From: Octopus vulgaris
Lineage: Eukaryota
Direction: 5' to 3'
Length of the DNA: 64,000 nt
Assembly: GCA_951406725.2 (NCBI GenBank)
Contig: OX597818.1
Location: forward strand, 18,662,001-18,726,000
Part shown: positions 24,811 to 38,013 of the stretch, one piece after another
Layout: the number at the start of each line of letters is the position of its first letter
Numbering within the stretch: position 1 is the first letter of the stretch
The notes under the pieces: generated by a model
Database searches by the model: none
Told to the model about the DNA's origin: nothing
What the model saw: the letters and a program-made list of their open reading frames with translations, nothing else
Made by a program: the position numbers and the translations under genes

Positions 24811-25795
24811 CACTGCTAGAAAACTCCATCATTGGAATGTGGATAACAAAAACAATGTCACATTTTGCACTTGAGAAAAGTCCTGTATTTTCTGTTTCGT
24901 TTACAGATTATAATTTAATATGCGAGTTATCAGGTTGATTTACTTTCCTGATAACCCTAGCTTATCCAGATTGTCTCTTAAGCATTTATTCAGAAAACAA
25001 ATGTAGCAATTACGCTTCCGAACAAACTATAACTTTTTTTCTGTTGACCTAAGTTTGATACCTGTTTTGGGTTAACGTGGGGTCACTAAGTTTAAAAATG
25101 GCAATAGTTTTTTTCTCTATCACGTCAAGTTAAGTTTTTTTCTTCTATGGGCTAGCTCACATTGGTCCCACCCGTAGAGGTTGCGATGCTATGTCGACCT
25201 AGTATATGCAATATGAAAGTGATATATGTGAAGTAGATATAAATTATGAACATGACAGTAATACAGACTTTGTAGAAACATCAACCGAAGAACGTGAAAA
25301 CTTCCAACTAGGCAGAACTTAATGATTTAGTTAGAGACCTAGGAATGTCAAAACAGTTATCAGAAGTGTTAGCTTCTAGTCTTAAAAAGAAGAATTTGTT
25401 GCAGAAATATCCAAGCGTGACTTTTTATCGGGACAGAGAAAAAGATCTCTTGGCATTCTTTACAACTGGAAAAGATCTTGTTTACTGTTGTGACGTGATG
25501 GTTCAGTTAAACGCGATGGGTTTTTGAACAGTAAAATCCTAGTGAATAGAGACCCTTTATAGATAGTTCACAAAAGAGTCTAAAATTTGTATTACTCCAA
25601 AATGGAAATTTGCTTGGTGCGCTTCCTATTGGTCAATCTGTGCACTTAAAAGAGAATTATGATCACATAAGAGTTAAATTAGATTCACTCAAGTGTGATG
25701 AACACAAATGGGTCATATGTGTGAATCTTAAAATTGTCAAATTTTACTTGGCCAATAAGGAGGGTATGCAAAATATACGTATTTCCTGTGTTTAC
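24811..25795 (+). mobile_element. Chapaev3-type (CMC) DNA transposon, N-terminal half
   Basis: LNDLVRDLGMSKQLSEVLAS.LK.KNLL, FIDSSQKSLKFVLL.NGN, PIGQSVHLKE and WVICVNLK..FLCL motifs. CACTG start at 24811. A related terminal fragment lies at about 24245-24320. Confidence 0.75.
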
Positions 25796-25869
25796 ACTAT
25801 TTGCACTCACTGAAGTGCAAAGAGTACAAATGACTCCACAATTTGTATTAATATTTTTATATATTGTTA

Positions 25870-26086
25870 AGGTGGCGGTCTGGCAGAATCGTTAGCACAC
25901 CGGGCGAAATGTTTAGACGCATTTTGCCCGTCTTTACGTTTACAGTTTAAATTTCCTCCGAGGTCGACTTTGCCTTTCATCCTTTCGGGATCGATAAAAT
26001 AAGTACCGATTGAAGACTTAAGTCGATCTAATCGACATACTCCTACCCTGAAATTGCTGGAATGTGCCAAAATTTGAAATCAATAT
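25870..26086 (+). mobile_element. SINE family A (alternative tail)
   Basis: Head, core and tail aaattgctgg..gtgccaaaatttgaaatcaatatt. Confidence 0.8.
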
Positions 26087-26109
26087 TTTTATATATAGTA
26101 ATAGGAAAC

Positions 26110-26525
26110 AAGACCTTTCTATAGAAGGAAAGTAGGTGTAAAAGCGAAACTCGCTATCGAGGGTTCCTGCCTACTCGTACCTATGGTCATGAGTCTTGGA
26201 TAAAGACCGTAAGAATACAGTCGCGAATACAAGCGACCGAAATGGGGATTTTTTGGAAGGGTCTTTGCAGTAACGTTACTAGATAGAGAGTGTGTGTGTG
26301 TACAGAGATCAGTGATGCGGTCCAGGTAGAGCCGCATCGGGATCAACTGGCGACTGTTGGTTAAGAGAGGAATAGATGGAAAGAGTGGTGCAGGATACTT
26401 TTTCCCACGACCTTCTCAGGAATAAGTGAGTGAAAAAGATGAGGTATGACAGTAAGTGGAAACTCGTTACAGGGCGAGTGAACAGTAGGAGAAGCCATCA
26501 GAGGAAGAGCTGAGAAGCAAGTGTT
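26110..26525 (-). mobile_element. Probable Penelope-like relic (N-terminal RT region)
   Basis: ITDL..TAKTL..NPHFGRLY..SKTH weakly resembles the PLE motif PRxxRFYLLPKIHK. Confidence 0.3.
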
Positions 26526-26809
26526 TCAGCCTGTTAGCTATATTTTGTTAAATTCATATCAAAAGAGCTATGTAAAATATGTGGACAGATAGAAAAGTTC
26601 ATTCTATATTGTATATTCTATAAGTAATTCAAGATTTCATAGGTTTGTAATTAATTTCTAACTTTTACGTGTTTTATATTTGTTTGAAACCTGTATGTTT
26701 ACTGAATAATAGAATAAGGATGTTGCAGATGTTGTAAACACTATCATAAACACTATCATAAACACTATCATAAACGCCAAACACATTTTTTTCAGATATG
26801 AAGTGGTTT

Positions 26810-26878
<69 letters not shown>

Positions 26879-26922
26879 ATTAATAATTATTCCAAATTAA
26901 TTAATTTCACCCTTTATTGTTA

Positions 26923-26970
<48 letters not shown>

Positions 26971-26971
26971 C

Positions 26972-27376
<405 letters not shown>

Positions 27377-27402
27377 ATTCCTCATCTCTTAAATATAGAA
27401 CC

Positions 27403-28220
27403 GGGATCTTTTCGGTTTGTAGGGAAGTTTTTAACATAATTTCTAGGTAACTAAAATATTTTAAACTTTGTATACTGGTAGAATGTGTTTATAAAACATC
27501 ATTTTGTCTTGGTTTTCTTGAGAAAATTCTATAGTTTGTAACATATTTCGTCTTTAATTTCTTGCATTTCGGCAATTTTAACCAATCACTGGCGTCTATT
27601 GAGTTAAGCATTCTGTGCCGTATGAATGTGTCCCTCGTTTAAGAAACAGATTGGGTTTATTTACATTTGTGAAGAAAAAAGATACCCTTCCCCCACCACT
27701 AACCCTAACCCTAACTAACCCTAAATCTAAAATAGATTGAAATGCAACAGATCGATACTAGGGTCATAATTATGAGTGACAACTTCATATGACACCGCTA
27801 GAGAAAATGGCAGTTTTTTCTAGCGGTGTCATATGAAATTGTCACTCATAATTATGACCTTAGTATTGCATTTCAATCTATTTTGAATTTAGGGATAGTT
27901 AGGGTTAAGGTTAGGGTTAGGGGTGAGGGGAAGGGTATCTTTTTTCTTCACAAATGTAAATAAACCAAATATGTTTCTTAAAGGAGGGACATATTCATAC
28001 GGCACAGAATGCTTTCACCTCAATAGACGGTCATTGATTGGTTAAAATTGCCGAAATGCAAGAAATTAAAGACGAAATATGTTACAAACTACAGAATTTT
28101 CTCAAGAAAGCCAAGAGAAAATGATATTTTATAAACACATTCTACCAGTATACAAAGTTTAAAATATTTTAGTTACCTAGAAATTATGTTAAAATCTGCC
28201 GTTCAAACCGAAAAGATCCC
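27403..28220. mobile_element. 818-bp palindromic foldback element with TTAGGG-like motifs
   Basis: Termini gggatcttttcggtttg / caaaccgaaaagatccc. The arms are complementary along the whole length, centred near 27808. Flanks agaacc / agaact (6-bp TSD with 1 mismatch). Confidence 0.9.
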
Positions 28221-28243
28221 AGAACTGTATATATAATTATAGA

Positions 28244-28282
<39 letters not shown>

Positions 28283-28286
<4 letters not shown>

Positions 28287-28668
28287 TTTATCTTTTACCT
28301 GTTTCAGTCATTACACTGCAGCCATGCTGGGGCACCGCCTTGAATTTTTAGTCGAATGACTCGACCACCACAACATATTTTTTAAACCTGGTACTTATTC
28401 TATCGGTTTCTTTTGCTGGACCGCTATATTACGAGGACGGAAACACACCCACACCTGTTGTCAAGTGGTGATGGGAGGACAAACATAGACACATACATAC
28501 GTATATATACATATATATACGACGAGGTTCTTTCAGTTTCCCTCTACCAAATCCACTCACAATGCTTTGATCGACCCGAAGCTGTAGTAGAAGACACTTG
28601 CGGAAGGTGCCATGCAGTGGGACTAACCCTAGAACCATGAGGTTTGGAAGCAAGCTTCTTAGCACAAT
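28283..28668 (-). mobile_element. SINE family B
   Basis: Reverse complement of the 63613-64000 type. Confidence 0.85.
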
Positions 28669-28874
28669 ATGTGTGCGTATGTGTATGTGTGTGTCTGTGT
28701 GTGTGTGCGTGCGCGTGTATGTATATGTATATAAGTATATATATATATGTTAAACGTGTGAAAAAGGATGTATTTGGCAATGTGACTAAATTGGACCACG
28801 CTTTGGAAAAAGGAATTGCCGTTAATACTCTTACTAATACCGCCTACATTTACTTAGTAGTTGTTTTTAGTATA

Positions 28875-29278
28875 CTCTTTTACTCTTTTACTCTTTTACT
28901 TGTTTCAGTCATTTGACTGCGGCCATGCTGGAGCACCGCCTTTAGTCGAGAAAATCGACCCCGGGACTTATTCTTTGTAAGCCCAGTACTTATTCTATCG
29001 GTCTCTTTTGCCGAACTGCTAAGTGGCGTGGACGTAAACACACCAGCATCGGTTGTCAAGCAATGCTAGGGGGACAAACACAGGCACACAAACATATACA
29101 CACACACTTATATATATATATATACATATATACGACAGGCTTCTTTCAGTTTCCGTCTACCAAATCCACTCACAAGGCATTGGTCGGCCCGGGGCTATAG
29201 CAGAAGACACTTGCCCAAGGTGCCACACAGTGGGACTGAACCCGGAACCATATGGGAAGCTACTAACCACACAGCCAT
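28875..29278 (-). mobile_element. SINE family B, near full length
   Basis: (tactcttt)n tail, body and tRNA-like head. Confidence 0.9.
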
Positions 29279-29614
29279 AAGTATACTTATTTGTTTCGTG
29301 TAGCTTTGCGTTTACCGGTTTCTTTCTGTTTAGTTTTTCTTTTTAATCTCTGTTTCTCTTACATTTTAATTCGTCTTTATGTATCCAAAAACCTTTTCAG
29401 CATGTTTTGAGAGCTCGTAAGCAATGCAACCTTTAATTAGTAATTCTTACTGCACAAGTCAGAATGCAAAAAAAGTAAACACAACAAAAGTTTTCGGGAG
29501 ATATTACGAAAGACATTTTTATTTTATCCCAGATATTGGGATTAAATTTGCCAACATTCCGAAATTCCCTGTTTTCAAATTCTAAATATATTCAACCGAG
29601 TATATTACTTCGAC

Positions 29615-29808
29615 CAAGTGCCAGCATTAATAGGGAGGATATTGTTCTTTGAGACAGACATAAAAGGTATGTACCATCGTAGAGGTCAACTGCTCTGCTG
29701 ATTTGAATATCTCGTCGAAAATCAAAGACAAACATAATAAATACGAAAGATTACTCCGAAACCTCCAGCTTATATATCCAGATTATATATTCACATTTAA
29801 ACTAATAA
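29615..29808 (+). mobile_element. RLE-type non-LTR retrotransposon fragment (R4/Dong/NeSL-like)
   Basis: DIVL..CTIVEVNCSADLNI..K..KY..LLRNLQLIYPDY is a restriction-like endonuclease segment. Homologous to 61872-62345. Confidence 0.65.
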
Positions 29809-29814
29809 AAACAT

Positions 29815-31067
29815 TCATCATCATCATTGTTCGACCGTGGTCGAGACAATGGAATTTACTATGTTACGCCAGACTTCACGGTCCATCATAGCATTACGGA
29901 GGTCCTGTTGCTGGATGCCTGTATCCCTGGAGATTACATCAGGGTAGGAGAGTGTGCGCCCTCTGGTATTGCGAGTAGATGGCTTCCAGAGGAGAAGAGT
30001 AGAAATTGCTTCTTTTTCAGCTCTACAACAATGTCCAGCAAACTGGACTCTCCTACCTTTCACAAGAGATGACACAGGTGGTAATTTCCCATATATTTGC
30101 ATTTTGGTTGGATGGCGCCTCCACGAGAGATTTTGAGCTCTCATAAGGAGGCGAATGTAGGTTCCATCCAACCGCCTCTCAAGCTTCTTTGATAACGTCC
30201 AGGTTTCTGAGCCATATAGTAGAATTGGTTCGACTGTGGCTTTGAATATTTCAAGTTTGAAGTCTCTACTTAGATTTGATGACCAGATCTTATGCATGTC
30301 ATTACAGGCTGACCAGGCCATACCCTTTCTAGTTAGAAAGTCTTTTCCAGATGATGATATGTATGACCCAAGATATTTATAATCAGAAACCATATTTAAA
30401 GGCGCACTGTTGAGAGTATGGATGATGCAATCGCTGTTGGACAGGCACTTGTTTATGTATTCAGTTTTGGCCTCATTGAGGCAAAGACCTACACAATTTG
30501 AGGCTTGTTCAAGAGATTGTAAAAGAGACTGGGCATTGGAGAGAGAATCACTGATAAGAGCGATGTCGTCAGCAAAGTCAGTGTCTGTCAAGTACTCAGA
30601 TGGGTGTCTGGAACTTCTTCTTGGTTTTATTTCAAAGCCCTTGCCAGAGATGGTATCAACTGACATACGTAGCACATAATCAACAACAATGATGAAAAGA
30701 AATGGGGCGAGTGTGTCTCCCTGCAGTATTCCAGCTCTGATTGAGAAAGATGATGTTTCTCCATCAGGGGTTAAGATGGTTGAAGACGTATCTGTGTAGA
30801 GGACCTTGATGGCAGAATGATTTTGTCTGGTATCCCATAGAGCTTAAGGATTTCAAACATCTTGTACCTATCTACAGAATCGAACGCTTTAGAAAAGTCT
30901 ACAAATACCATTGCAAGATCGCGATTAAATGCTTTTGATTCTTCAATAAGTCTGCGCAGGCATAGTATCTGGCTCAGCGTTGAGCGCCCATGTCTGAATC
31001 CATTTTGGTTCTTTCGGAGCAAAGGTTCAACAAAAAGGACAAGACGATTTAGGATCAATTTGTTGTA
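29815..31067 (-). mobile_element. RTE-clade LINE, 5'-truncated (RT domain)
   Basis: QNGFR..RST..QI..LRRLIE, FVDFSKAFDSV, LQGDTLAPFLF, FADDIAL, YKYLGS and LLYGSETW motifs. (GAT)n tail. Frameshift near 30800. Confidence 0.92.
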
Positions 31068-32010
31068 CATTGGTCAACACCCTTTTTGCTGACTTCAGTT
31101 TTGTGGTTGTTTTTAGTTAATTTTGAGATGCTGATTTCAAATATGGGATCCAATTTTCCTCTCACATCAGGTTTTTCACTCTATAGTATATCCATATTTT
31201 ATGATATACTGTATAATATATTTTATGATATTACTTGGTCACGATAGTTTACTAAATTGTATAGCTTCAAATCATAAGTTATAATGTCAATAGAATAGAA
31301 AATAAGTAAAATGTAAGATAACATCACCTTTTACTAAATACATACTGTGAATTCTCTAATATGATGGATAAAACACAAACTATCATACATATACCTTCAT
31401 ATTCACAGAATACATTTCTGCTTGCGAGAATATATGGAGTGCTTCATGCCTACACAGTCTCTTTGAATACTCCAACAGTAGCCTGCTATCATGTGTGTGT
31501 TCCATCGGCATCAATATCTCTCCTCCATACTTTTGATTGCTTGATGAAAGCGCTCACAATGCTCATCGCTCACATCTCTGAGATCAGCGGGAAATTCATC
31601 GAGATGGCTACTGAGGAAATGAAGCTTTATGCTCATGTTGCAACCTAAAAAAATTGAAATCTATGCAGTAATATCTCCACCAAATCCTTATAGCTAGCTG
31701 CCTTTTCACTGCCCCCAAATCCTTTCACAACAGCCACAAATGAATCCCATGCTCATTTTTCTACGTCAGCCATCGAACTCGAGAAATTCTGACATTTCAT
31801 TAATTTTCTCATTTGTGGCCTATCAACAACACCAGTCGTTATTTTATCATAAGTTTGGCCAGGAAATGCTGTACATATGAATTTGAAACAGATTTTCTCT
31901 CGCTCAATTAGTAGTTGGTGTATGATATTCTTCTCCCCAACAGTCAAACTTTTCCTGACAGGCCAGAGTGTCTGTTCCCAATGTTTGTCTCTCGCTCGGC
32001 TATCCCACAT
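31068..32010 (-). mobile_element. Chapaev3-type DNA transposon, C-terminal half with terminus
   Basis: WDSRARDKHW..WP.R..L..GEKNI, NMSIKLHFL.SHLD.FP..L..VSDEH.ERFHQ.I..ME.RY and YCWS motifs. Terminus tgttgaccaatg at 31068. Confidence 0.8.
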
Positions 32011-33179
32011 TTGCATTCTTTGAAGTATTTTGCACTCTTTCAAATAGCAAGTTTGAACAAGTGTAAGTAGAAATTTCTAAGGGCAGTGTATTGTCAGAAG
32101 CATTAAATCGTCAGTGAAAGCTGCTTGCGCTATTGGGTTACTTTTCTTTATCGACTGAGTTCAAATTTCCTCTTGATCAAATTTGCTTTCATCCATCAGA
32201 TAAAATAAGATTCCAATCAAGTACCGCATATACATATTATTGATTGTTCCAACGACGCCTATAACATGATCATCAACATCAGCAGTAGTAGCATCATCAT
32301 CACGAATACTGTGGCAATAATATTGGGGCTGTGAGTTCGCTTGTATTCCATTCATGACATTAACATGTATTTAATCCCCTCCAAATCCTACATTAAGTGC
32401 AGTTGTACTTCTTGTACTGACGCTGACTGTTGTTTAGCCTGGATATAACAAGAATAAGACATTGCAAGAAGAAGGTGTCACTGTCTGAAATGATCACACT
32501 TTGAGAAAACATGTATTAGGGAACCAAAAAGAGAACCTTTGCATGATCGTTCAATATATTAAGAATAGCAACCTTATCCGATATCTTAATACGAATAACA
32601 CATCCGATAATGTAGTCCTACATATGACTGAAAACAAAAGATGGGGTGATTATAGCTGGACCACTCTTTATGTAGTCTTTTGTATTAAGGCTGACCTAAT
32701 CTAGTGCTAAATATATACAGTAACTAACATAACAAAAATAATTGTCAGTTAAGGAGGGTTATGGCAGTGTGTACTACTTTTCCACTGGTGTATATCCAGG
32801 ACCATAGATCGACCAACCTGATAGAAACAGTAGCTAACTGACCCTCAATATTAAGGCTAACCTGAAGATAAACAACGATTAAAACTGGCCCTTGTGATTT
32901 AAATTGTTTGACCAATGAGACCAACAAAAGCCTGATGACGAAATACGGAATGCAGTGTTTTTCTATAAGTAGCGAACCAAAGAAGTTTTAAGCAGTTAGA
33001 ACTACGTGAGTTTCTAACAAGGAAGCAAAGGGCAAAACCTCTTTTAAAAATTGTTTATTTTAATAGACTAGTAAAAAAAACCCAAGAAAAACAAAAACAA
33101 AACAAAAACTGAACAATAATTAAATAATCTTGTGGATTTTTTGCTGGTTTTCTTCGTCTCAATTCATAGTTTTGTTACA

Positions 33180-35130
33180 ATGATATTTATGACTGTAACC
33201 ATGTGATAGTTTTGTTTAGATAGAAGCTAACAGCGATAGTAATGTGTAATATAATCTGTTTACAGGAAATTGCTAAAATTTTTTGCGGTAAATTACATAA
33301 ATATATTTAGAAATTATTTACATTGGAAAACTTAAATTTATCTATTACTACTCCATCGTATGTTATTTTTTTGCTTTTTATCTATATATAAAACCAGAAA
33401 TACACACATACGATCACAGCTACTTGCCAGTTAAAGTCAATTTTTAAATAATCATTTTAATACCAACGTCTCGCGGAAAAAAAACCCCAGACAATTACAG
33501 GAACGTATGAATATGTTTATTGAGTGCTGGGTCAAAAGCGGCGTACTGGCAAAGTCATTAGCACGCCGGGCAAAATCCTTTTCGACATTCCTTCCGTCTT
33601 TGCGTTCTGATTTAAAATTTTGCCGAAATCAGCCTTGCCTTTCATCCTTTCTGAATCGAGCACTGGAGCCAATGTAATCGACTCGTCCCTTCCTCCATCC
33701 GAAATATTGGGCTTCTTGCGTATGATCGAAACTCGAGTGCTAGGCCAAAGAGAAAGATTTGTGATATTAAGAGACTTAATCTGACTTCTAATCCTTGTAA
33801 TATTGTCCGTTGAAAAGAAGCTTATATAACAATCATGAGTGAAAGTTTTAGCATGGCATTTGAATTATATCTATGTGTGTAGCATTTTATTAGTTTAATT
33901 ATCAATCAACTAACCTATTGGTTTGAAATTCATAAATATCCTTACTTTGTAGGAGGGTTAGGAAGGGCCCTGTAATACTTTACATTGTAAGGGCACCACG
34001 GAAGAATTTGTCTTCGGGAAATGTTTTGAAGATAGAACAATAACTTCTGTCCTTCTTCGAGCTATATTCACAGTGAGTTCTAACTACGAACTACCACAAA
34101 TGCCATGCAAATGTAAAGCCACTGACATGATACGAAACCCTGATATCAGCTGTCAATTACGACACTGTCATTTGCGTTTTCTTTAAGAAAGTTTGTATCT
34201 GTAGACATATAAACACGATAAATAAAATTATATAAAGTGGAACAAGAGTCATTCTTTGCTGTATATACAAAGAGTAGGCAAATCTTCCCATGGATACGGC
34301 TTTTCCTATAAACAACACGCTAAGTTATTAGAACTATTCAGAAAACTAAGCGTGAAGGCTAAAAGACGTGTAAAGCATAAAGTATTGTCTTGGTGGTTTT
34401 TGTTTTGCTTTTGCCTTTGTACCATTTTGGAATTATCTCATTTACAGACGATGCACAGGAAGTGAATGGAGTTAACCGTCAACTATTATCACAGGAAAAT
34501 AATCATTTGTCTTTTCTATACGATTATATTTCTCTATCTAAGCTAATTAGTTGTGGTAGAATAGAGTTGAAGAGAATAGCAAAATAGGATTAATTTTACA
34601 ATTTGTAGTTCTTAGCTACTTCTAATCTTTTGTAAACTTATTATAAGCTCTGCTTCAAAGGGAAAGGGCGGTGGAAAGTAAAAGATAAGTCTTATGAAAT
34701 TGTTTATAATGGGTCTACAGCAGCTTTATTCGGCAACCTAATATTGAATTAATCAATCAACATTTGATAATTATTTATCCCAACAAGAGCAGTCAATCGG
34801 GAGAAACGATTAAATAATTCTATCTTTAAAGTTCACATCTCATCTTAATCAACTTTCCTTTTCAACTCACCGCAGTTTGATTAAATAACTACTAGTAACA
34901 TACAGGAGTGAATTTAATCGAGAATATCTCTTCTCTTATTGCAGTGTTAAAAGTCAAACTCCCTCTGAACCTAGTGTGGATTCCATAGCAGATGCAATGC
35001 AAATGACGCGGTTTTATAATGAATCAAACTGAAACAGATGATTGGAGCATGGTTATGATTTCCTTTTTGTTGGTGCGTTGTGGATCGTTGCAATTACCTA
35101 AAGTTGACCCAACTCTAACAATTTCATTCT
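33180..35130 (+). pseudogene. Decayed, apparently intronless parkin-like (RBR E3 ligase) pseudogene, interrupted by a SINE
   Basis: 33962-34165 reads GPCNTLHCKGTTEEFVFGKC..TSVLLRAI..PCKCKATD..P..CQLRH/VIC, versus parkin GECQSPHCPGTSAEFFFKC..TSVALHLI..CITCTD..P..CNSRHVIC (recalled). Ubl-like IFCGK..FTLENLNL near 33278. Many stops and frameshifts; ends approximate. Confidence 0.6.
33537..33728 (+). mobile_element. SINE family A (diverged)
   Basis: ttagcacgccgggcaaaat..ttgcctttcatccttt. Confidence 0.75.
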
Positions 35131-36094
35131 GGCTCTATACGATCTCTCTTAAAGCAGAATCGGCTGTGCATTGGATTCGTTGTGTTTAAACGCCCCTTCG
35201 CTTTTGATTCTAATCAGTAGATGCAGGCCCTCCATGTGCTGGCAAATTCGATCATCATTTCTTGAATATAAAATTCGGTTTCTCATAAGAAAACCAAGAT
35301 GTTACTTTAGCCTCCTCCAAGTTGAAATATTCTACAATCGAATATTACTGTTAATGACTTGAAAAGTAATTGGAGGATAGCTTCATGTACTTTGCACTTA
35401 CGGCATCAAATGAGACCTCCATTATAAACAATTCTCAATGGGAATTACTACAGATTGTGAAAATTTTGCACTCACTAACCGTATAACTTACTTATTCCAA
35501 CTTTGTCTACTTCCGATGCGGTCAATCCCCTTTATTAGGTGTGTGATGACACTACGATGTTAGTAGTATCTTAGTTTGGGAGAGAGTACAATCAATACTT
35601 GCTTCTTATAGTGCTTTCTTTTGAAGTGTTAGTTCTATTGACTGGAATACATTACTAAGTGAGAAGCAAATGCATCTCAGAGTTGCTGTTTGAGGAGTGT
35701 TACCACACAGATAAAGAAGCAAGGAAACTAGACTGATCCGCTTAAGGGTTTCAAACTTGTTTAGAATTAGTCAGTTTGAAGCTATGCGACATTGAGTACT
35801 GGAGAAACTGCCGCGGTGTGTTTCACAAAAAGAGGTCCAGTTTTTTTTCTTTTTAGAGAAACGCTATAGAGAAGAGCAGATTGCTCAAAGTAGCCATTAC
35901 AGAGCATCATTTCTATCTGTGTTAGTAGCGCCTCTTTTAATCATTGCTGGAGCAGTTGGTAAATACAGTGCCATTTCCAAACACTCATGGATAACTTCTC
36001 TGCTCGGTAACGTCTTCCTTGATATAGAGCGATCAGGAAAAGAATACATGCCGCCTTCTTTGTAAAATTTGGCTTTGTATCTCATCGAAAATAT

Positions 36095-36431
36095 GGAAGC
36101 ACTCTGTCGGTTACGACGATGAGGGTTTTCGTGAAATTAACGTGTAAGTGGCTGAGCACTCCACATACACGTGTACCCTTAACGTAGTTCTCGGGGATAT
36201 TCAGCGTGACACAGAGAGTGACAAGGCCGGCCCTTTGAAATACAGGTACAACAGAAACAGGAAGTAAGAGTGAGAGAAAGTTGTGGTGAAAGAGTACAGC
36301 AGGGACCACCACCATCCCTGCTTTAGGTGTTTTCGCTCAATAAACACTCACAACGCCCGGTCTGGGAATCGAAACCGCGGTCCTACGACCGCGAGTCCGC
36401 TGCCCTAACCACTGGGCCATTGCGCCTCCAC
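36095..36431 (-). mobile_element. SINE family C, tail 2, with 12-bp TSD
   Basis: TSD catcgaaaatat at 36083-36094 and 36432-36443. tRNA-like head. Confidence 0.9.
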
Positions 36432-36859
36432 CATCGAAAATATATCATGTTAGTGACAGCAAGTTGGTAGAAATGACAAAATGCAATACAAAATTTAGTT
36501 ATATTCTATGAAATTCATTACACGAGTCATATACTTGAGATCAGCTCTAATAATAAAGCAGATCTGTGATTGAAAACATTCCCGCTATAAATAAAAGTTT
36601 TTATTCAGAAACGTTTTTACATGAAGAAATGAAGAAAGAACATAAAACATCAAATTATCGACAAAAACGCTCCAGAACTACCGCACCAAGGAAACAAAGA
36701 AAAAGTAAGAAAGGAGAAGGGGAATTAAACAACAAAATATGGTAGAATAACAGGCTGTACACCCCAGACCAATTGGTGTGTTTAGCCGCTCCTCGCGGAC
36801 ATAATTGTAAAGGCGTGGCTGCTGAGAAAGGGCAGTGAGACTCAAAAGTAGGTGGCTTA

Positions 36860-37330
36860 TAGCATAAATTGTATGAGATCACTATCCAAGTACAAATGAT
36901 ACATTCGTTCATTTACACGGCCTCCAAGGTTTTTCACCTGCCAAACTGCAACCAAACCATTTGTAGCAGATACAGCAAGGTTGAAGACGGGGAAATGTCG
37001 CAGCACATCGCGTTCCAGGTTAGGGATTTGCCTCTCTCGTATGGGAAGTGGGCTCTTCCATCGGGGCGATTACCATCCTCGCAGTCAAGACCTACTGGCT
37101 CCAGCTTTGACGGTAAGCCGACCGCGTCGCAGCCCCTTCTGATTATGCCGTTCAGAGCGGCTTGTAGGGGGAACAGGCCTGCACTATAGATGCAGAATGA
37201 TGGATGCAACCGAATTCATCGACTATAGCTCCACAACGGCATTTGCGCCTCTCAAATATTTGCGCCACTCAAACATTTGCGCCACTCAAGCACTTGCGCC
37301 ACTCGCGGACAGCGAGGTGCTAGGCCACTC
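36860..37330 (-). mobile_element. CRE-like non-LTR retrotransposon fragment (CCHC finger plus RLE)
   Basis: KCRCGAIVDEF(G)..HP..C..SAG.FP..AALN.II.R....GLPS.LEPVGLD..DG.RPDG...FPY..GKSL.W.A.C.D matches the CRE-type RLE signature. Confidence 0.8.
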
Positions 37331-37573
37331 TTCATCAAGAAGAGTATCGGTTGATGAGGAGGGCACCGAATTGGGTCACGGGTTTTTTACATCCATAGTT
37401 ATCTCCTTTTGTAGGATACTCAGGGCTACGTTATCAAGTGTGTGAACACTTTTTGATACGGTTGTATGTGATTTGAATAAAATATTGCTGTTAAGTTTGC
37501 ACACCGAGCCATCAATTAGAGGCTCTCTACGTCTTTAACTGAACTCATACGGTCAATATTACTTCTTTTCTCT

Positions 37574-37793
37574 AAGGCAGCGACTTCGCAGAATCGTCAG
37601 TACACCGGGCAAAATGCTTAGAGCCATTTCGTCCGTCTTTATGTTCTGAGTTCAAATTCCGCCAAAGTCGACTTGGCTTTTTATCCGTTCGTGGTCGATA
37701 AAGTAAGCAGGAGTTGAGGTCTGGAGTCGATGTAATCGACTTACACCCTCTCCCAAGCTTGCTGGCATTGTACCAAATTTTGAAACCGATATT
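37574..37793 (+). mobile_element. SINE family A (alternative tail)
   Basis: Head, core and tail as in other copies. Confidence 0.8.
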
Positions 37794-37834
37794 ACTTCTC
37801 TTCTGCGCTTTGGTGAAATTAAACAAACAATATA

Positions 37835-37955
37835 GACGCAGGAGTGGCTGCCTGGTAAGTTGCTTGCTTACTAACCACATGGTTCAGGGTTCAGTCCCGC
37901 TGCATGGCACCTTAGGCAAGTGGATTTGGTAGACGGAAACTCAAAGAAAACCGTC

Positions 37956-38013
<58 letters not shown>

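Noticed and set aside
27696-27925. TAACCC/TTAGGG repeats as an interstitial telomere or fusion site
   Set aside because: Only 3-4 units, located symmetrically inside a MITE arm.
32855-32960. CTGAAGA/CTGATGA motifs as hammerheads (also near 50960 and 57648)
   Set aside because: No convincing stem II plus GAAA plus stem I arrangement.
33953-35033. Apparent splice acceptors and donor (about 33952, 34449, 34944) suggesting live exons
   Set aside because: The first candidate exon has stops in all three frames. The region is better explained as a decayed parkin-like copy.
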